64,000 bases of DNA from Candidatus Limnocylindrales bacterium (GTDB lineage: Bacteria > Chloroflexota > Limnocylindria > Limnocylindrales > CSP1-4): assembly GCA_038915815.1 (NCBI GenBank), contig JBCLCL010000006.1, positions 279 through 64,278 of the forward strand, read 5' to 3'. Under the pieces are notes generated by a model. The model was not told the origin of the DNA. It was given only the letters and a program-made list of their open reading frames with translations, and ran no database searches. A program made the position numbers and the translations under genes. Position 1 is the stretch's first letter. Every line of letters starts with the position of its first letter. Positions 8,428 through 17,055 of the stretch are shown here, in pieces.

Positions 8428-9875
8428 CGGAGCCGACCTCGCAGCCTCAGCGCGTCGTGATGTTCGTCTACAACGACGTCAGCCGCGACTCGCGAGTCCT
8501 GCGCGAGGCGGCCAGCCTGGCCGCCGCTGGTCGCAGGGTCACCGTGATCGGTCGCCCTCACAGCGCCGACGAACGCCAGATCACGCGCCAGACGCGCGAC
8601 GGCTTCGAGATCGTCCTGGTGCCGATGCCGCATGCATGGCGGACCTGGTGGTATCGCTTTCGGAAGCCGTGGCGGATGCGTGGCTGGATCGGGCGCCGCT
8701 TCATGGTCGCCCTGCGCCGTGGCCCGGCCGGCTGGCCGAAGGCGCTCGCGTTCATCGGGGTCGGGATCGGGATGGTCGCCCTCTCGATCGTCCGCCTGCC
8801 GTTCATCGCGATCTCCGGTGGGCTCGACCAGACGACGCACGATTCGACCTTCGACTGGCTGATCCGCTGGCGCTTCGGGACGCTGGGCTGGGCCGGAACA
8901 GCCTCAGCCGCCGCGCCGGCAGCCGACGTCTACCACGGGCACGACCTGACCGGCCTGCCGGCGGCCGTCCGAGCCCAGGCTCGCAACGGCGGCCTGGTGG
9001 TCTACGACAGCCACGAGTCGTTCATGGACTCGGGTTCGAACGCGAACCGACCACGCTGGGCGAAGGCGATCCTTCGCCGATTCGAGCGCCGGCAAGCCGG
9101 GCACGCCGTGGCGCTGGTGACCGTCAATCGATCGCTCGGCGAGCTGCTTGGCGCGCGCTTCGGCCTGTCGCGGGTGGTCGTGGTGCACAACGCCCCCGCG
9201 CGTTGGGAGCCACCGGCCGAGCGCCCGGATCTGCTCCGCGACGCTGCCGGGCTCCCGCCTGGGACCGCGATCGCCCTCTATCACGGGGCATTCTCGGCGC
9301 ACCGGGGCCTGGAGGAACTGGCCGACGCCATCCTTGTCCCCGGCCTGGAGGCGGTCCACGCTGTCTTCCTCGGCTACGGGAGCCAGGAGGCGGCGCTGCG
9401 CAAGCGTGCAACGGATCCACGCTACGGCGGGCGGCTCCACGTCCTCGCCGCGGTCACCCCGGAGGTCCTCCCCGTCTGGGTGGCCTCGGCGGATGTCGGG
9501 GTGATGGCGATCCAGGCGAGCACGCTCAACCACCGACTGTCGAGCCCGAACAAGCTGTTCGAATCGATCGCGACCGGGCTGCCGGTCGTCGTCAGCGACT
9601 TCGTGGAGATGCGCCGCATCGTGCTCGAGGACCCGGACGGAGCACTCGGGGCTGTCTGCGATCCGGCCGACCCGGTTTCGATCGCGGCGGCGATCCGTTC
9701 GATCCTGGACCTGGGCCCCGACGAGCGGGAAGCGCTCCGGGCGCGCTGCCTGCGCGCCGCGCACGAACGCTGGAACTGGGAGACCGAGTCGGCGGGCCTG
9801 GTGGCGCTCTACGACTCGCTGGCGCTCGAACGGGCGGGCTTGGGGATGGGCGAGCCCGAGGCCGCCGCCGGCTGA
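8424..9875 (+). CDS. Family 4 (GT-B) glycosyltransferase with an inserted hydrophobic segment
   Basis: GTG 8424 overlaps the wecB stop (GTGA). The N-terminus is VVMFVYNDVSRDSRVLREAASLAAAGRRVTVIG. The C-terminal half is GT1/GT4-like (NKLFESIATGLPVVVSD). An insert contains one TM-like stretch. Confidence 0.8.
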   Translation: MTEPTSQPQRVVMFVYNDVSRDSRVLREAASLAAAGRRVTVIGRPHSADERQITRQTRDGFEIVLVPMPHAWRTWWYRFRKPWRMRGWIGRRFMVALRRGPAGWPKALAFIGVGIGMVALSIVRLPFIAISGGLDQTTHDSTFDWLIRWRFGTLGWAGTASAAAPAADVYHGHDLTGLPAAVRAQARNGGLVVYDSHESFMDSGSNANRPRWAKAILRRFERRQAGHAVALVTVNRSLGELLGARFGLSRVVVVHNAPARWEPPAERPDLLRDAAGLPPGTAIALYHGAFSAHRGLEELADAILVPGLEAVHAVFLGYGSQEAALRKRATDPRYGGRLHVLAAVTPEVLPVWVASADVGVMAIQASTLNHRLSSPNKLFESIATGLPVVVSDFVEMRRIVLEDPDGALGAVCDPADPVSIAAAIRSILDLGPDEREALRARCLRAAHERWNWETESAGLVALYDSLALERAGLGMGEPEAAAG

Positions 9876-11197
9876 ACCGCCGCCGCGTCCACGCCGGGGC
9901 GGCCGAGGCGCTCCACCTGGAGTCCGGCGGCCCGAGCCACCTCGACGTCCACCACGGCCCTCGTGTCATAGACGAGCCTCCCGCGCATCACGGCGGCCAG
10001 CGCCGACCAGTCGAGTCGCCGGTAGTCGGCCCATTCGGTGGCGACCACGACGGCATCGGCGTCGCGGACCGCGTCGAGCGGCGTGGAGGCGACCTCCAGA
10101 TGGGGATCGGCCAGGCGCGCCCGTGCCGCCGCGCGTGGGTCATGGGCCAGCACCCGTGCGCCAGCAGCACGAAGGGCGGCCGCGAGGGCAAGTGCCGGAG
10201 ACTCGCGGACGTCGTCCGTGTCGGCCTTGAAGGCCAGCCCGAGCAGTCCGATCCGGCGGTCCGCCAGCGAGCCCGGGCCGCCGAGCAGCGCCTCCAGCCG
10301 CGCCACGATCTGGCGCTGATGCACCGCATTGGAGCGATGGACCACGGAGAGCAGCGGCGCCTCCACGCCCAGCGCGATCGTCTGCAGTGAGATCGCGACG
10401 GCCTGCTCGGGAAGGCACGAGCCGCCGATCCCGGGGCCCGGCCGCAGGAACGCACTGCCGATCCGGCTGTCGAGGCCGATCCCTGCGAGCACCTGCTCGA
10501 TATCCGCGCCGGTCGCGTCGGCGACCCGAGCCAGCTCGTTGGCGAAGGAGATCTTCATCCCGAGGTAGACGTTGGAGCCGAGCTTGATCAGCGCCACCGA
10601 GCGGGCGTCCGCCACCAGCGACGGAGCTCCCAGCGGCGCGTAGAGATCGAGCACGGCCTGCGCGGCGGCGGCGTCCTGTGGCTCGAGCCAGCCGGTGACG
10701 ACCCGGTTCGGTCGATCGAAGTCCTCGAGCGCCTGGCCCTCGCGCATGAACTCGGGATTGGTGACGATCGACGGGCGATCCGGGCGGGCCTCGGCAAGCG
10801 CGAGGGCAGCGAGACGGCTCGGGCCATCGAGCGGCAGGGTCGAGCGCACGACGATGACGTGGTCCGACCCGACCCTGGTCAGGAGGCGTGCGATGGCCGC
10901 TTCCACGTGGATCGTGGAGAGTGGCCCATCCGGGCCGGTCGGGGTGTTGACGCAGACGAACGTGAACGGGGCGTCCGACGGCGGGTCGAGCTCGGTCGTG
11001 AAGGTCATCGAGCCGTCGGCGAGCCCGGCGCCGATCGCCTCGGTCAGGCCCGGCTCGAAGACGGGCGGCCGACCGTCGCACAGGCCGGCGATCCGGGCGG
11101 CGTCGAGATCGGCGACGGTGACGCGATGGCCGAGCCGGACGAGTCCGACCGCGGTGACCAGGCCGACGTGGCCGGCACCGAGCAGGAAGAGGTGCAA
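9809..11197 (-). CDS. Nucleotide-sugar dehydrogenase (UDP-glucose / UDP-ManNAc dehydrogenase family)
   Basis: Has the Rossmann motif LLGAGHVGLVTAVGL and a catalytic Cys region GIGGSCLPEQ. The likely start is TTG 11197, with GGAGA 9 nt upstream. An alternative start is ATG 11254. Confidence 0.85.
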   Translation of the reverse strand: MHLFLLGAGHVGLVTAVGLVRLGHRVTVADLDAARIAGLCDGRPPVFEPGLTEAIGAGLADGSMTFTTELDPPSDAPFTFVCVNTPTGPDGPLSTIHVEAAIARLLTRVGSDHVIVVRSTLPLDGPSRLAALALAEARPDRPSIVTNPEFMREGQALEDFDRPNRVVTGWLEPQDAAAAQAVLDLYAPLGAPSLVADARSVALIKLGSNVYLGMKISFANELARVADATGADIEQVLAGIGLDSRIGSAFLRPGPGIGGSCLPEQAVAISLQTIALGVEAPLLSVVHRSNAVHQRQIVARLEALLGGPGSLADRRIGLLGLAFKADTDDVRESPALALAAALRAAGARVLAHDPRAAARARLADPHLEVASTPLDAVRDADAVVVATEWADYRRLDWSALAAVMRGRLVYDTRAVVDVEVARAAGLQVERLGRPGVDAAAVQPAAASGSPIPKPARSSASES

Positions 11198-11313
11198 GAG
11201 GCGGAGTCTCCGGTCTGTCTCGGATGTTCCGGACGGGTCACGGAACGATAGCATCCGACGCCGGGAAGGCGCCCCGTGATGTGCGGCGAGGGCGGTCGGC
11301 TACACTCGCCGCC

Positions 11314-12720
11314 GTGCCTGACGAGATCGTGCCCCAGCGTTGCGTGGTCGTCCTGCCGTCCACCGGGGAGTTCGACTCGCGGACCTACCGGATCGCGCGC
11401 ACCCTGCATGAGCGCGGCCACGTGGTCACGGTCCTGGCGCGCTGGAAGCCGGGGCTGGCTCGGCGCGAGCTCCATCCGGTCGGCTATCCGATCCTGCGGG
11501 TCGAGGCGACGGCCGTGGATGGGGTCCCGTTCCGGGCCGTGACCCTGCCGATCCTGCGAGCGTTGCGTCTGGCTGCGCGGCCGATCCTGGGCCCGGTGCC
11601 CGCCGCGCCCGATGGGGCCGCCGCGCCCGCCGCGGATCTCGCCCGCCCGGCTTCCGGCCCCGACGCCGGCCCCGACGCCGGCCCCGACGAGGCCGACCCC
11701 GGCTGGGCCCACCCCGCTGCCCGGGACCCGGGCCGCTTCCGCGGCTACGTCCGCCGGGCTCGCATCTTCCTGATGATCCGCAGTCACCGTCGTCGCGCTC
11801 TCGAGGTCGCTCCGGCCGCCGACGTCTATCACGGCATGGCCTACATGGGCATCTCGGTCGCGCTCGCGCTCGGCAGACGGCACCGGGCCAGGGTCGTCTA
11901 CGACTCGCGCGACATCTACATGGTCGCCGCCAACCTGGCTCGCGTCCGCGGTCCGATCAAGGCGGTCCTCGCCCGGATGGAGCGCGGCTGGGCCCGCGCA
12001 GCGGACCGCGTCATCACCGTCAACGAGCCGTACGCGACGGAGCTGGCGCGGAGGTTCGGCGTGGCGATGCCGGTCATCGTGATGAACTGCTCGTATCGGT
12101 TCTCGCCGCCGGTTCCCGCGCCCCGTCGGTTCCACGAGCGTCTGGGCCTCGATCCCGGCACGCGGGTCGTGCTCTACCAGGGTGGCTTCTCGGTCGGCCG
12201 CGGCGTCGAGCAGCTGGTCCAGGCGATCCACCGCGTGCCGAACAGCGTCCTGGTCGTGATGGGCTACGGCGCGCTCGAGGCCGAATTTCGCACGGCGGCC
12301 GAGCAACCCGAGTACAAGGGCAAGGTCCACGTCCTGCCCGCGGTGCCCCCGACCGAGCTGCTCGATTGGGTCGCTTCGGCGGACGTGGTCGGCGTCCTCT
12401 TCCAGCACGACACGCTCAACAACTACCTCTCGACTCCCAACAAGTTCCTCGAGGCGATGGCGGCCGGCGTGCCGAGCGTCTGCTCGGACCATCCCGGGAT
12501 GGGCCCGATCGCCCGCGAGACCGGCTGCGGGATCCCGGTGAATCCGAGCGACATCGAGGCGATCGCGGCGGCGATCCGCTCGATCGTCGATGCGCCGCCC
12601 GACGAGCGGTCGGCGATGCGCGCCCGCGCCCTGGCGGCCGCCCACGACACCTACAACTGGGAGTCCCAGGTCCTGACGCTGCTCGCCGAGTACACCCGGT
12701 TGACTGGTCGTCGCTGGTGA
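11314..12720 (+). CDS. Family 4 glycosyltransferase
   Basis: GTG 11314. The N-terminus CVVVLPSTGEFDSRTYRIARTLHERGHVVTVLA is paralogous to the gene at 8424. The C-terminus contains NKFLEAMAAGVPSV. There is a low-complexity GPDAGPDAGPDE insert. Confidence 0.8.
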   Translation: MPDEIVPQRCVVVLPSTGEFDSRTYRIARTLHERGHVVTVLARWKPGLARRELHPVGYPILRVEATAVDGVPFRAVTLPILRALRLAARPILGPVPAAPDGAAAPAADLARPASGPDAGPDAGPDEADPGWAHPAARDPGRFRGYVRRARIFLMIRSHRRRALEVAPAADVYHGMAYMGISVALALGRRHRARVVYDSRDIYMVAANLARVRGPIKAVLARMERGWARAADRVITVNEPYATELARRFGVAMPVIVMNCSYRFSPPVPAPRRFHERLGLDPGTRVVLYQGGFSVGRGVEQLVQAIHRVPNSVLVVMGYGALEAEFRTAAEQPEYKGKVHVLPAVPPTELLDWVASADVVGVLFQHDTLNNYLSTPNKFLEAMAAGVPSVCSDHPGMGPIARETGCGIPVNPSDIEAIAAAIRSIVDAPPDERSAMRARALAAAHDTYNWESQVLTLLAEYTRLTGRRW

Positions 12721-14108
12721 GTGAGCCGCCCGAGGGCACCACCGAACCACGGTCGATGCGAGCCCCGCGGCCGCGCGCCGTCCTCCTCGTCGCCAACACC
12801 GCCGCGCCTTATTCCCGGGGGCTGCGCGTCGCCCGTAGCCTGGCCGATGCCGGCTGGGAGGTCGAGACCGCGGCCGTCGCCGGCGATGGCGCGCCTCGAG
12901 AGGAACGGGACGGCGACGTCGTCACCTGCCGGTACGTCCCCAGCGGACCGTTCAGGCGCTGGATCGGCCAGCCACCCCCGCCGCGCCCACGCTCGAAACC
13001 GCTCAGGATCCTCGCGCTGAACGCCGACAAGGCGCTCAAGGTCGCGCTCTGGCCGCTCCACGTGCGCGCCTGGTGGCGAACGCTCCGCCGCCAGCTCCCC
13101 CCTGCCGACCTCTACCACGCCTTCGGGATCCTGACCCTGCCCGTCGCCCTCGACCTCGCTGGGGCGGCGCGACGCGCTGGTCGGCGCGGCCTCGTCGTCT
13201 ACGACGTGATCGATGCCATCCTCGATTCGAACAACTACCAGAACGTGCCCGGGCCGGTCCTCGCGCGCTACCGACGCAAGGAGGCCGGCTGGGTCCGTCG
13301 CGCCGATGCGGTCGTGACCGTCAACGACGCGCTGGCCGATCACTGTCGGCGTCTCTGGCCCTTTCGCGAGCGCCCGACGGTCCTGCTCAATGGCCAGCCG
13401 CGCTGGACCCCGCCGGACGAGCGGCCGAACCTGATTCGCGAGGCGACCGGGCTCCCGGCCGAGCGCCGGATCGTCCTCTTCCTCGGCAGGCTCGGGCGCC
13501 AACGCGGGCTTGAGACGGCGGCCGAGGCGGTCGTTCGCCTGAAAGACGCTGCGCTGGTGATGCTCGGGGCGAGCGTGAATCCGGAGTGGGATGCGGCGCT
13601 GGAGGCCCGCTCGAACGATCCGCGCTTCCTTGGCCGGCACGTCGTCCTGCCGCCGGTCCACCCGGACGAGGTCCGGCCATGGGCCGCGTCCGCGGACGTC
13701 TCGATCATCGCCGTTCCGGCCACCTCGCTCAACCAGCGCCTCTCGACCCCGAACAAGTTCTGGGAGAGCCTGGCGGCGGGCACGCCGGTGGTGATCGGGC
13801 GCGACCTCGAGGTCATGCGCGCGATCGTCGGACAGGATCGACTGGGCGCGGTGGCGGATCCCGCGGACCCCGACGACCTGGCCCGGGCGCTGCGCGAGAT
13901 CCTCGAGCAGTCTGCGAGCGACTACGCGGCCATGCGCGAGCGCTGCCTCACGGTCTCGCGTGATCGGTACGCCTGGGAGACGGCGGTCGGGCCGTATCTC
14001 GCGCTCGTGGCGCGACTGGCCACCGGTCCCGGAGATGCCGGTTCAGCCCGGGGCGGTCGAGCCGCTCACGTGCCCGGTCGGCCGGCGGAAGAGGACGATC
14101 TTGCTTGA
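12717..14108 (+). CDS. Family 4 glycosyltransferase
   Basis: GTG 12717 overlaps the upstream stop (GTGA); ATG 12756 is an alternative start. Contains AVLLVANTAAPYSRGLRVARSLADAGWEV and NKFWESLAAGTPVV. Confidence 0.8.
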   Translation: MSEPPEGTTEPRSMRAPRPRAVLLVANTAAPYSRGLRVARSLADAGWEVETAAVAGDGAPREERDGDVVTCRYVPSGPFRRWIGQPPPPRPRSKPLRILALNADKALKVALWPLHVRAWWRTLRRQLPPADLYHAFGILTLPVALDLAGAARRAGRRGLVVYDVIDAILDSNNYQNVPGPVLARYRRKEAGWVRRADAVVTVNDALADHCRRLWPFRERPTVLLNGQPRWTPPDERPNLIREATGLPAERRIVLFLGRLGRQRGLETAAEAVVRLKDAALVMLGASVNPEWDAALEARSNDPRFLGRHVVLPPVHPDEVRPWAASADVSIIAVPATSLNQRLSTPNKFWESLAAGTPVVIGRDLEVMRAIVGQDRLGAVADPADPDDLARALREILEQSASDYAAMRERCLTVSRDRYAWETAVGPYLALVARLATGPGDAGSARGGRAAHVPGRPAEEDDLA

Positions 14109-14900
14109 CGGAGCTGCGCCGCGGGCCAGCGCCACGCGATCTAGGGTCAGCATCAGCGGACCGAGCCAGTGGATGCTCGTGGGCGACGACTTCGCCCGGC
14201 GGGCGACCCAGCGCCACCAGCGGAGGTAGCGGTCATATGCGGCGCGCGAGCCGGCCTCGATCGGATTGTTCGCCATGGCCAGCGCGCCCCGCAGCTCGAC
14301 GAGCTCCAGGCCGGCGGCGAGGAGTGGATCGCGATAGGCGGCCAGCGCCCGGGCGCGCGAGGTCTGCGTCTCGGTGGGTGGGCGTTCGTAGGTGGCATCC
14401 AGCAGGATCGGCTCCACCAGGAGGAGCGATCCGCCCGGCCCGACCAGCCCGGCGATGTTCGTGAGTGCCCGCCGGAATGCCGCGTCGTCCGTGAGGTGGA
14501 GGAGGACGTTCATCACCGACACGAGACCGTACGGTCCGACCGGCAGGCCCGCGTCGGGCGCCCCGATGTCGGCGGCCACGAATCGGTCGCCGCGCGAGCC
14601 GAACTCGGCCCCGAGCCGCTCGACCGCCGCGGGGACGAGGTCGCAGCCGTCGACCCGAGCCACCCCGAGGTCGTGCCAGACCCGGGCCCAGTAGCCGGTT
14701 CCCGAGCCGACATCGAAGGCCGTCTCCACGCCCTGGAGCGCTTGGTGCCGGCGAACGAACCAGCGGACGCGCCGTTCGAGGGCCCGGTAGAGCCAGCCGT
14801 TCAGGTCGGCGGGCAGGCCGGACTGGCCGACGCTGGACAGATCGCCGCGGGCGTGGAGTCGTGCCCAGTGATCGCGCGGGTCGTAGAACATGGTCGCCAT
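14043..14900 (-). CDS. Class I SAM-dependent methyltransferase
   Basis: Has SAM-binding motif I (AFDVGSGTGYWARVW) and a post-I acidic residue (VDGCDL). ATG 14900 (MATMFYDPRDHW) is preferred over the ORF-track start at 14963. Confidence 0.8.
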   Translation of the reverse strand: MATMFYDPRDHWARLHARGDLSSVGQSGLPADLNGWLYRALERRVRWFVRRHQALQGVETAFDVGSGTGYWARVWHDLGVARVDGCDLVPAAVERLGAEFGSRGDRFVAADIGAPDAGLPVGPYGLVSVMNVLLHLTDDAAFRRALTNIAGLVGPGGSLLLVEPILLDATYERPPTETQTSRARALAAYRDPLLAAGLELVELRGALAMANNPIEAGSRAAYDRYLRWWRWVARRAKSSPTSIHWLGPLMLTLDRVALARGAAPSSKIVLFRRPTGHVSGSTAPG

Positions 14901-14989
14901 GGTGGCACACGGGCCGGGCGGTTCGAGCGTGGGGCGGCGGCGCCTGGCCGCCCCAGTGGTCACTCCTGGTGGTCACTCCTGGTGGGCCC

Positions 14990-15183
14990 GTTCTTCGGGG
15001 AAGGACAAAACCCGTGTCTTGGCGTCTGGCGGGCCTGGATCCTGCACTGCGCTGGGCGTATGACCCAAGGGACGTGGGTGAAGTGGCCAGATCTGCGTTG
15101 TCGGCGCGTCCCTTGTGGACCAAGGAACCCTCGAATGGACGATGCGCCGCCCGATTCGCGCGGTTTGTTCTCCCATGAAGAAC
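14990..15183. other. 194-bp intergenic element bounded by inverted AT-rich 18-nt motifs (copy A)
   Basis: The left end is GTTCTTC-GGGGA-AGGACA (14990-15007). The right end is TGTTCT-CCCAT-GAAGAAC (15166-15183). The same end architecture recurs at 36405-36608. Confidence 0.6.
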
Positions 15184-15205
15184 ACCAGCTGGAGCGCGAG
15201 GGCGG

Positions 15206-17044
15206 TTACTGTCGCGCGCCCATCTCAGCGTCCCAGCGATCGGCTAGCCAGCGGAGGGCGCCCGGAGCGAGGCGGATGCCCCTCCCGGCGAGGCGCGCGA
15301 TGAGCACCGCGGCCGGGGCGTCGAGGGCGACCAGCTCGACCGGCCCGACCGGCCCGACCGGCTCGACCGGCTCGACCGGCTCGCCCTTCGTTCTGGCGTC
15401 ACGGGCCGCAGCCAGCATGGCTTCGAGCAGCAGCTGCTCTCCGGCAGGAGCGGGCCGATCCAGGGCGCGCTGGAGCCGGGCGAGCGGACCCCGCCCACGC
15501 GGTCGCGGCTTCGGCGGCGGCACGCGAGCCGCCTCGTTCAGCCGGACCGGCCATTCGGTGTTGGGAGCTTCGGTGGCGCCCTCCTGCCACGCTGGAACGA
15601 CGAGCAAGAGGCGCGCCCGGAGATCGGCCGGGAGTTGGGCGACGAGGGGCAGGGCGTGGTCACGGCCGGTCGCCACCAGCACACGCGGCAGGCTGGAGGT
15701 CAGGGCGGAACCTGTCGCCGCGGGCGCGGTCGGGCGCTCGGCGCCGGGACCTGGCGCCCCACCCGTGACCCCGCTCGGATCGACCGTCGCCACGTCCGTC
15801 GCGGCGCTATCGGCCATCGCTCGCCGATAGATCTCCAGCGCCTGGCCGGCCACCGCCGCCTCGCCGACCGCGTGGACGAGCCGATCCCGCGCCGTGGCCG
15901 CGTCCAGTGGGACCGCCCCGGCAAGGAGAGCCTCGATGGCACTGGCGAACGCGTCGGCGTCGTTGCCATCGGCCACACTCCCGTACCCACCAGACAACCC
16001 GATGATCCATGGCACGCCGCCCGATCGCCGGGCGGCGACCGGCAGTCCGGTCAGGATCGCCTCCGCTGCGGCGACCCCGAACGTCTCGGATGGGCTCGGG
16101 TGGACGAGGACGGCCGCTCGCCCCATGGCCGCGGCCACGCCATCGCGGCCGAGCCAACCATCGAAGACGACCGCGCCGGCGACGCCCAGCTCGGCGGCCA
16201 GCGCCTCCCACCTTGCGCGTTCGCCGGCGGTCCGCTCGCGACCCACGAGGCGGAGTCGGAGGGTGGCTCTCGAAGCCTGCGATCGGGCGAATGCCCGGAG
16301 CAGGACGTCGATGCCCTTGTGCTCGCCGAGCGACCCGACCCAGAGCAGTTCGTCGGGATCCCGGCCGGCGGGATCGGCTAGCGGGAACGCCATGTCGGGG
16401 ACCGGGTTTGGCAGCACACCGATCCGGTCGGCAGGAACGCCAAGGAGCATCGCCAGGCGACCGGAGAGGGAGGGACTGACCCCGACCAACCGGACGCCCG
16501 GCCTCAGCAGGCCGCGATAGCACTCGAGCGCGACCGGGTCTGCCAGCTCGGTCTCGATCGTGCTCATGTGTTCGGTCACGACGACCGGGATCCCGAACTC
16601 CTGCCCGATCTCCGCGGCGACGATCCCGTCGGGCAGGCCGGTGTGGGCGTGGATCACGTCCGGACGCCACTCCTCGACGAGGCGCCCAACGAACGGTCGC
16701 AGCGCAGCCAGGTGGTCCTCGACCAACGCCGCTGGGTCGCCCGAACCCGGTCGGCGGACGACGGGGATACGCGCGACCGGCACGCCGGGAGCCCCGCGCG
16801 AGCGCGGTGTCGTGAAGAGCGCAGCCGGGGATGCGACCTGCTCGTACGCCACCCGGGCGGCCAGCAGCGCCGCATCGCGCTCCTCCAGGCGACCCCGGAC
16901 CAGCACGCGATCGAACGAAACGACCCGGGCCTCGACACCCGCCGCGACCGTGGCCGCCACGAGGTCGGCCACGAACGAGCCGCGCCCCGGCGAGTCATGC
17001 GACGGATACCAGCGGGCGACCGTCAGGACGCGCAGGGTTGGCAA
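15206..17044 (-). CDS. Family 4 glycosyltransferase with a roughly 200-aa C-terminal extension of unknown function
   Basis: The N-terminal 400 aa or so are GT4-like (LRVLTVARWYPSHDSPGRGSFV..., HPSPSETFGVAAAEAILTGLPV). The C-terminal part matches no motif I recognise and contains an EPV/GPV repeat. Confidence 0.8.
   Translation of the reverse strand: MPTLRVLTVARWYPSHDSPGRGSFVADLVAATVAAGVEARVVSFDRVLVRGRLEERDAALLAARVAYEQVASPAALFTTPRSRGAPGVPVARIPVVRRPGSGDPAALVEDHLAALRPFVGRLVEEWRPDVIHAHTGLPDGIVAAEIGQEFGIPVVVTEHMSTIETELADPVALECYRGLLRPGVRLVGVSPSLSGRLAMLLGVPADRIGVLPNPVPDMAFPLADPAGRDPDELLWVGSLGEHKGIDVLLRAFARSQASRATLRLRLVGRERTAGERARWEALAAELGVAGAVVFDGWLGRDGVAAAMGRAAVLVHPSPSETFGVAAAEAILTGLPVAARRSGGVPWIIGLSGGYGSVADGNDADAFASAIEALLAGAVPLDAATARDRLVHAVGEAAVAGQALEIYRRAMADSAATDVATVDPSGVTGGAPGPGAERPTAPAATGSALTSSLPRVLVATGRDHALPLVAQLPADLRARLLLVVPAWQEGATEAPNTEWPVRLNEAARVPPPKPRPRGRGPLARLQRALDRPAPAGEQLLLEAMLAAARDARTKGEPVEPVEPVGPVGPVELVALDAPAAVLIARLAGRGIRLAPGALRWLADRWDAEMGARQ
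15335..15379. repeat. 9-bp tandem repeat x5 (cYcgaccgg) inside the GT4 C-terminal extension
   Basis: The sequence is ctcgaccgg cccgaccgg cccgaccgg ctcgaccgg ctcgaccgg. It encodes (E/G)PV repeats on the minus strand. Confidence 0.9.
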
Positions 17045-17055
17045 AGGGAGCTCCC

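Noticed and set aside
8282-10390. 702-aa plus-strand ORF overlapping the GT4 and dehydrogenase genes
   Set aside because: It is in a different frame from the motif-bearing GT4 gene and antisense to the dehydrogenase. It is an Arg/Pro/Gly-rich artefact.
14990-15183. Calling the two inverted-motif elements 6S RNA genes
   Set aside because: The length and the long closing stem fit 6S RNA. However, I cannot verify the central bubble or conserved 6S features by hand. The genomic contexts are atypical for 6S, and the two interiors look unrelated. I report them only as unclassified elements.
14169-15830. 553-aa plus-strand ORF spanning the methyltransferase, element A and the GT4 gene
   Set aside because: It is antisense to two genes with clear family motifs, crosses an obviously non-coding AT-rich gap, and has a composition typical of a G+C artefact.
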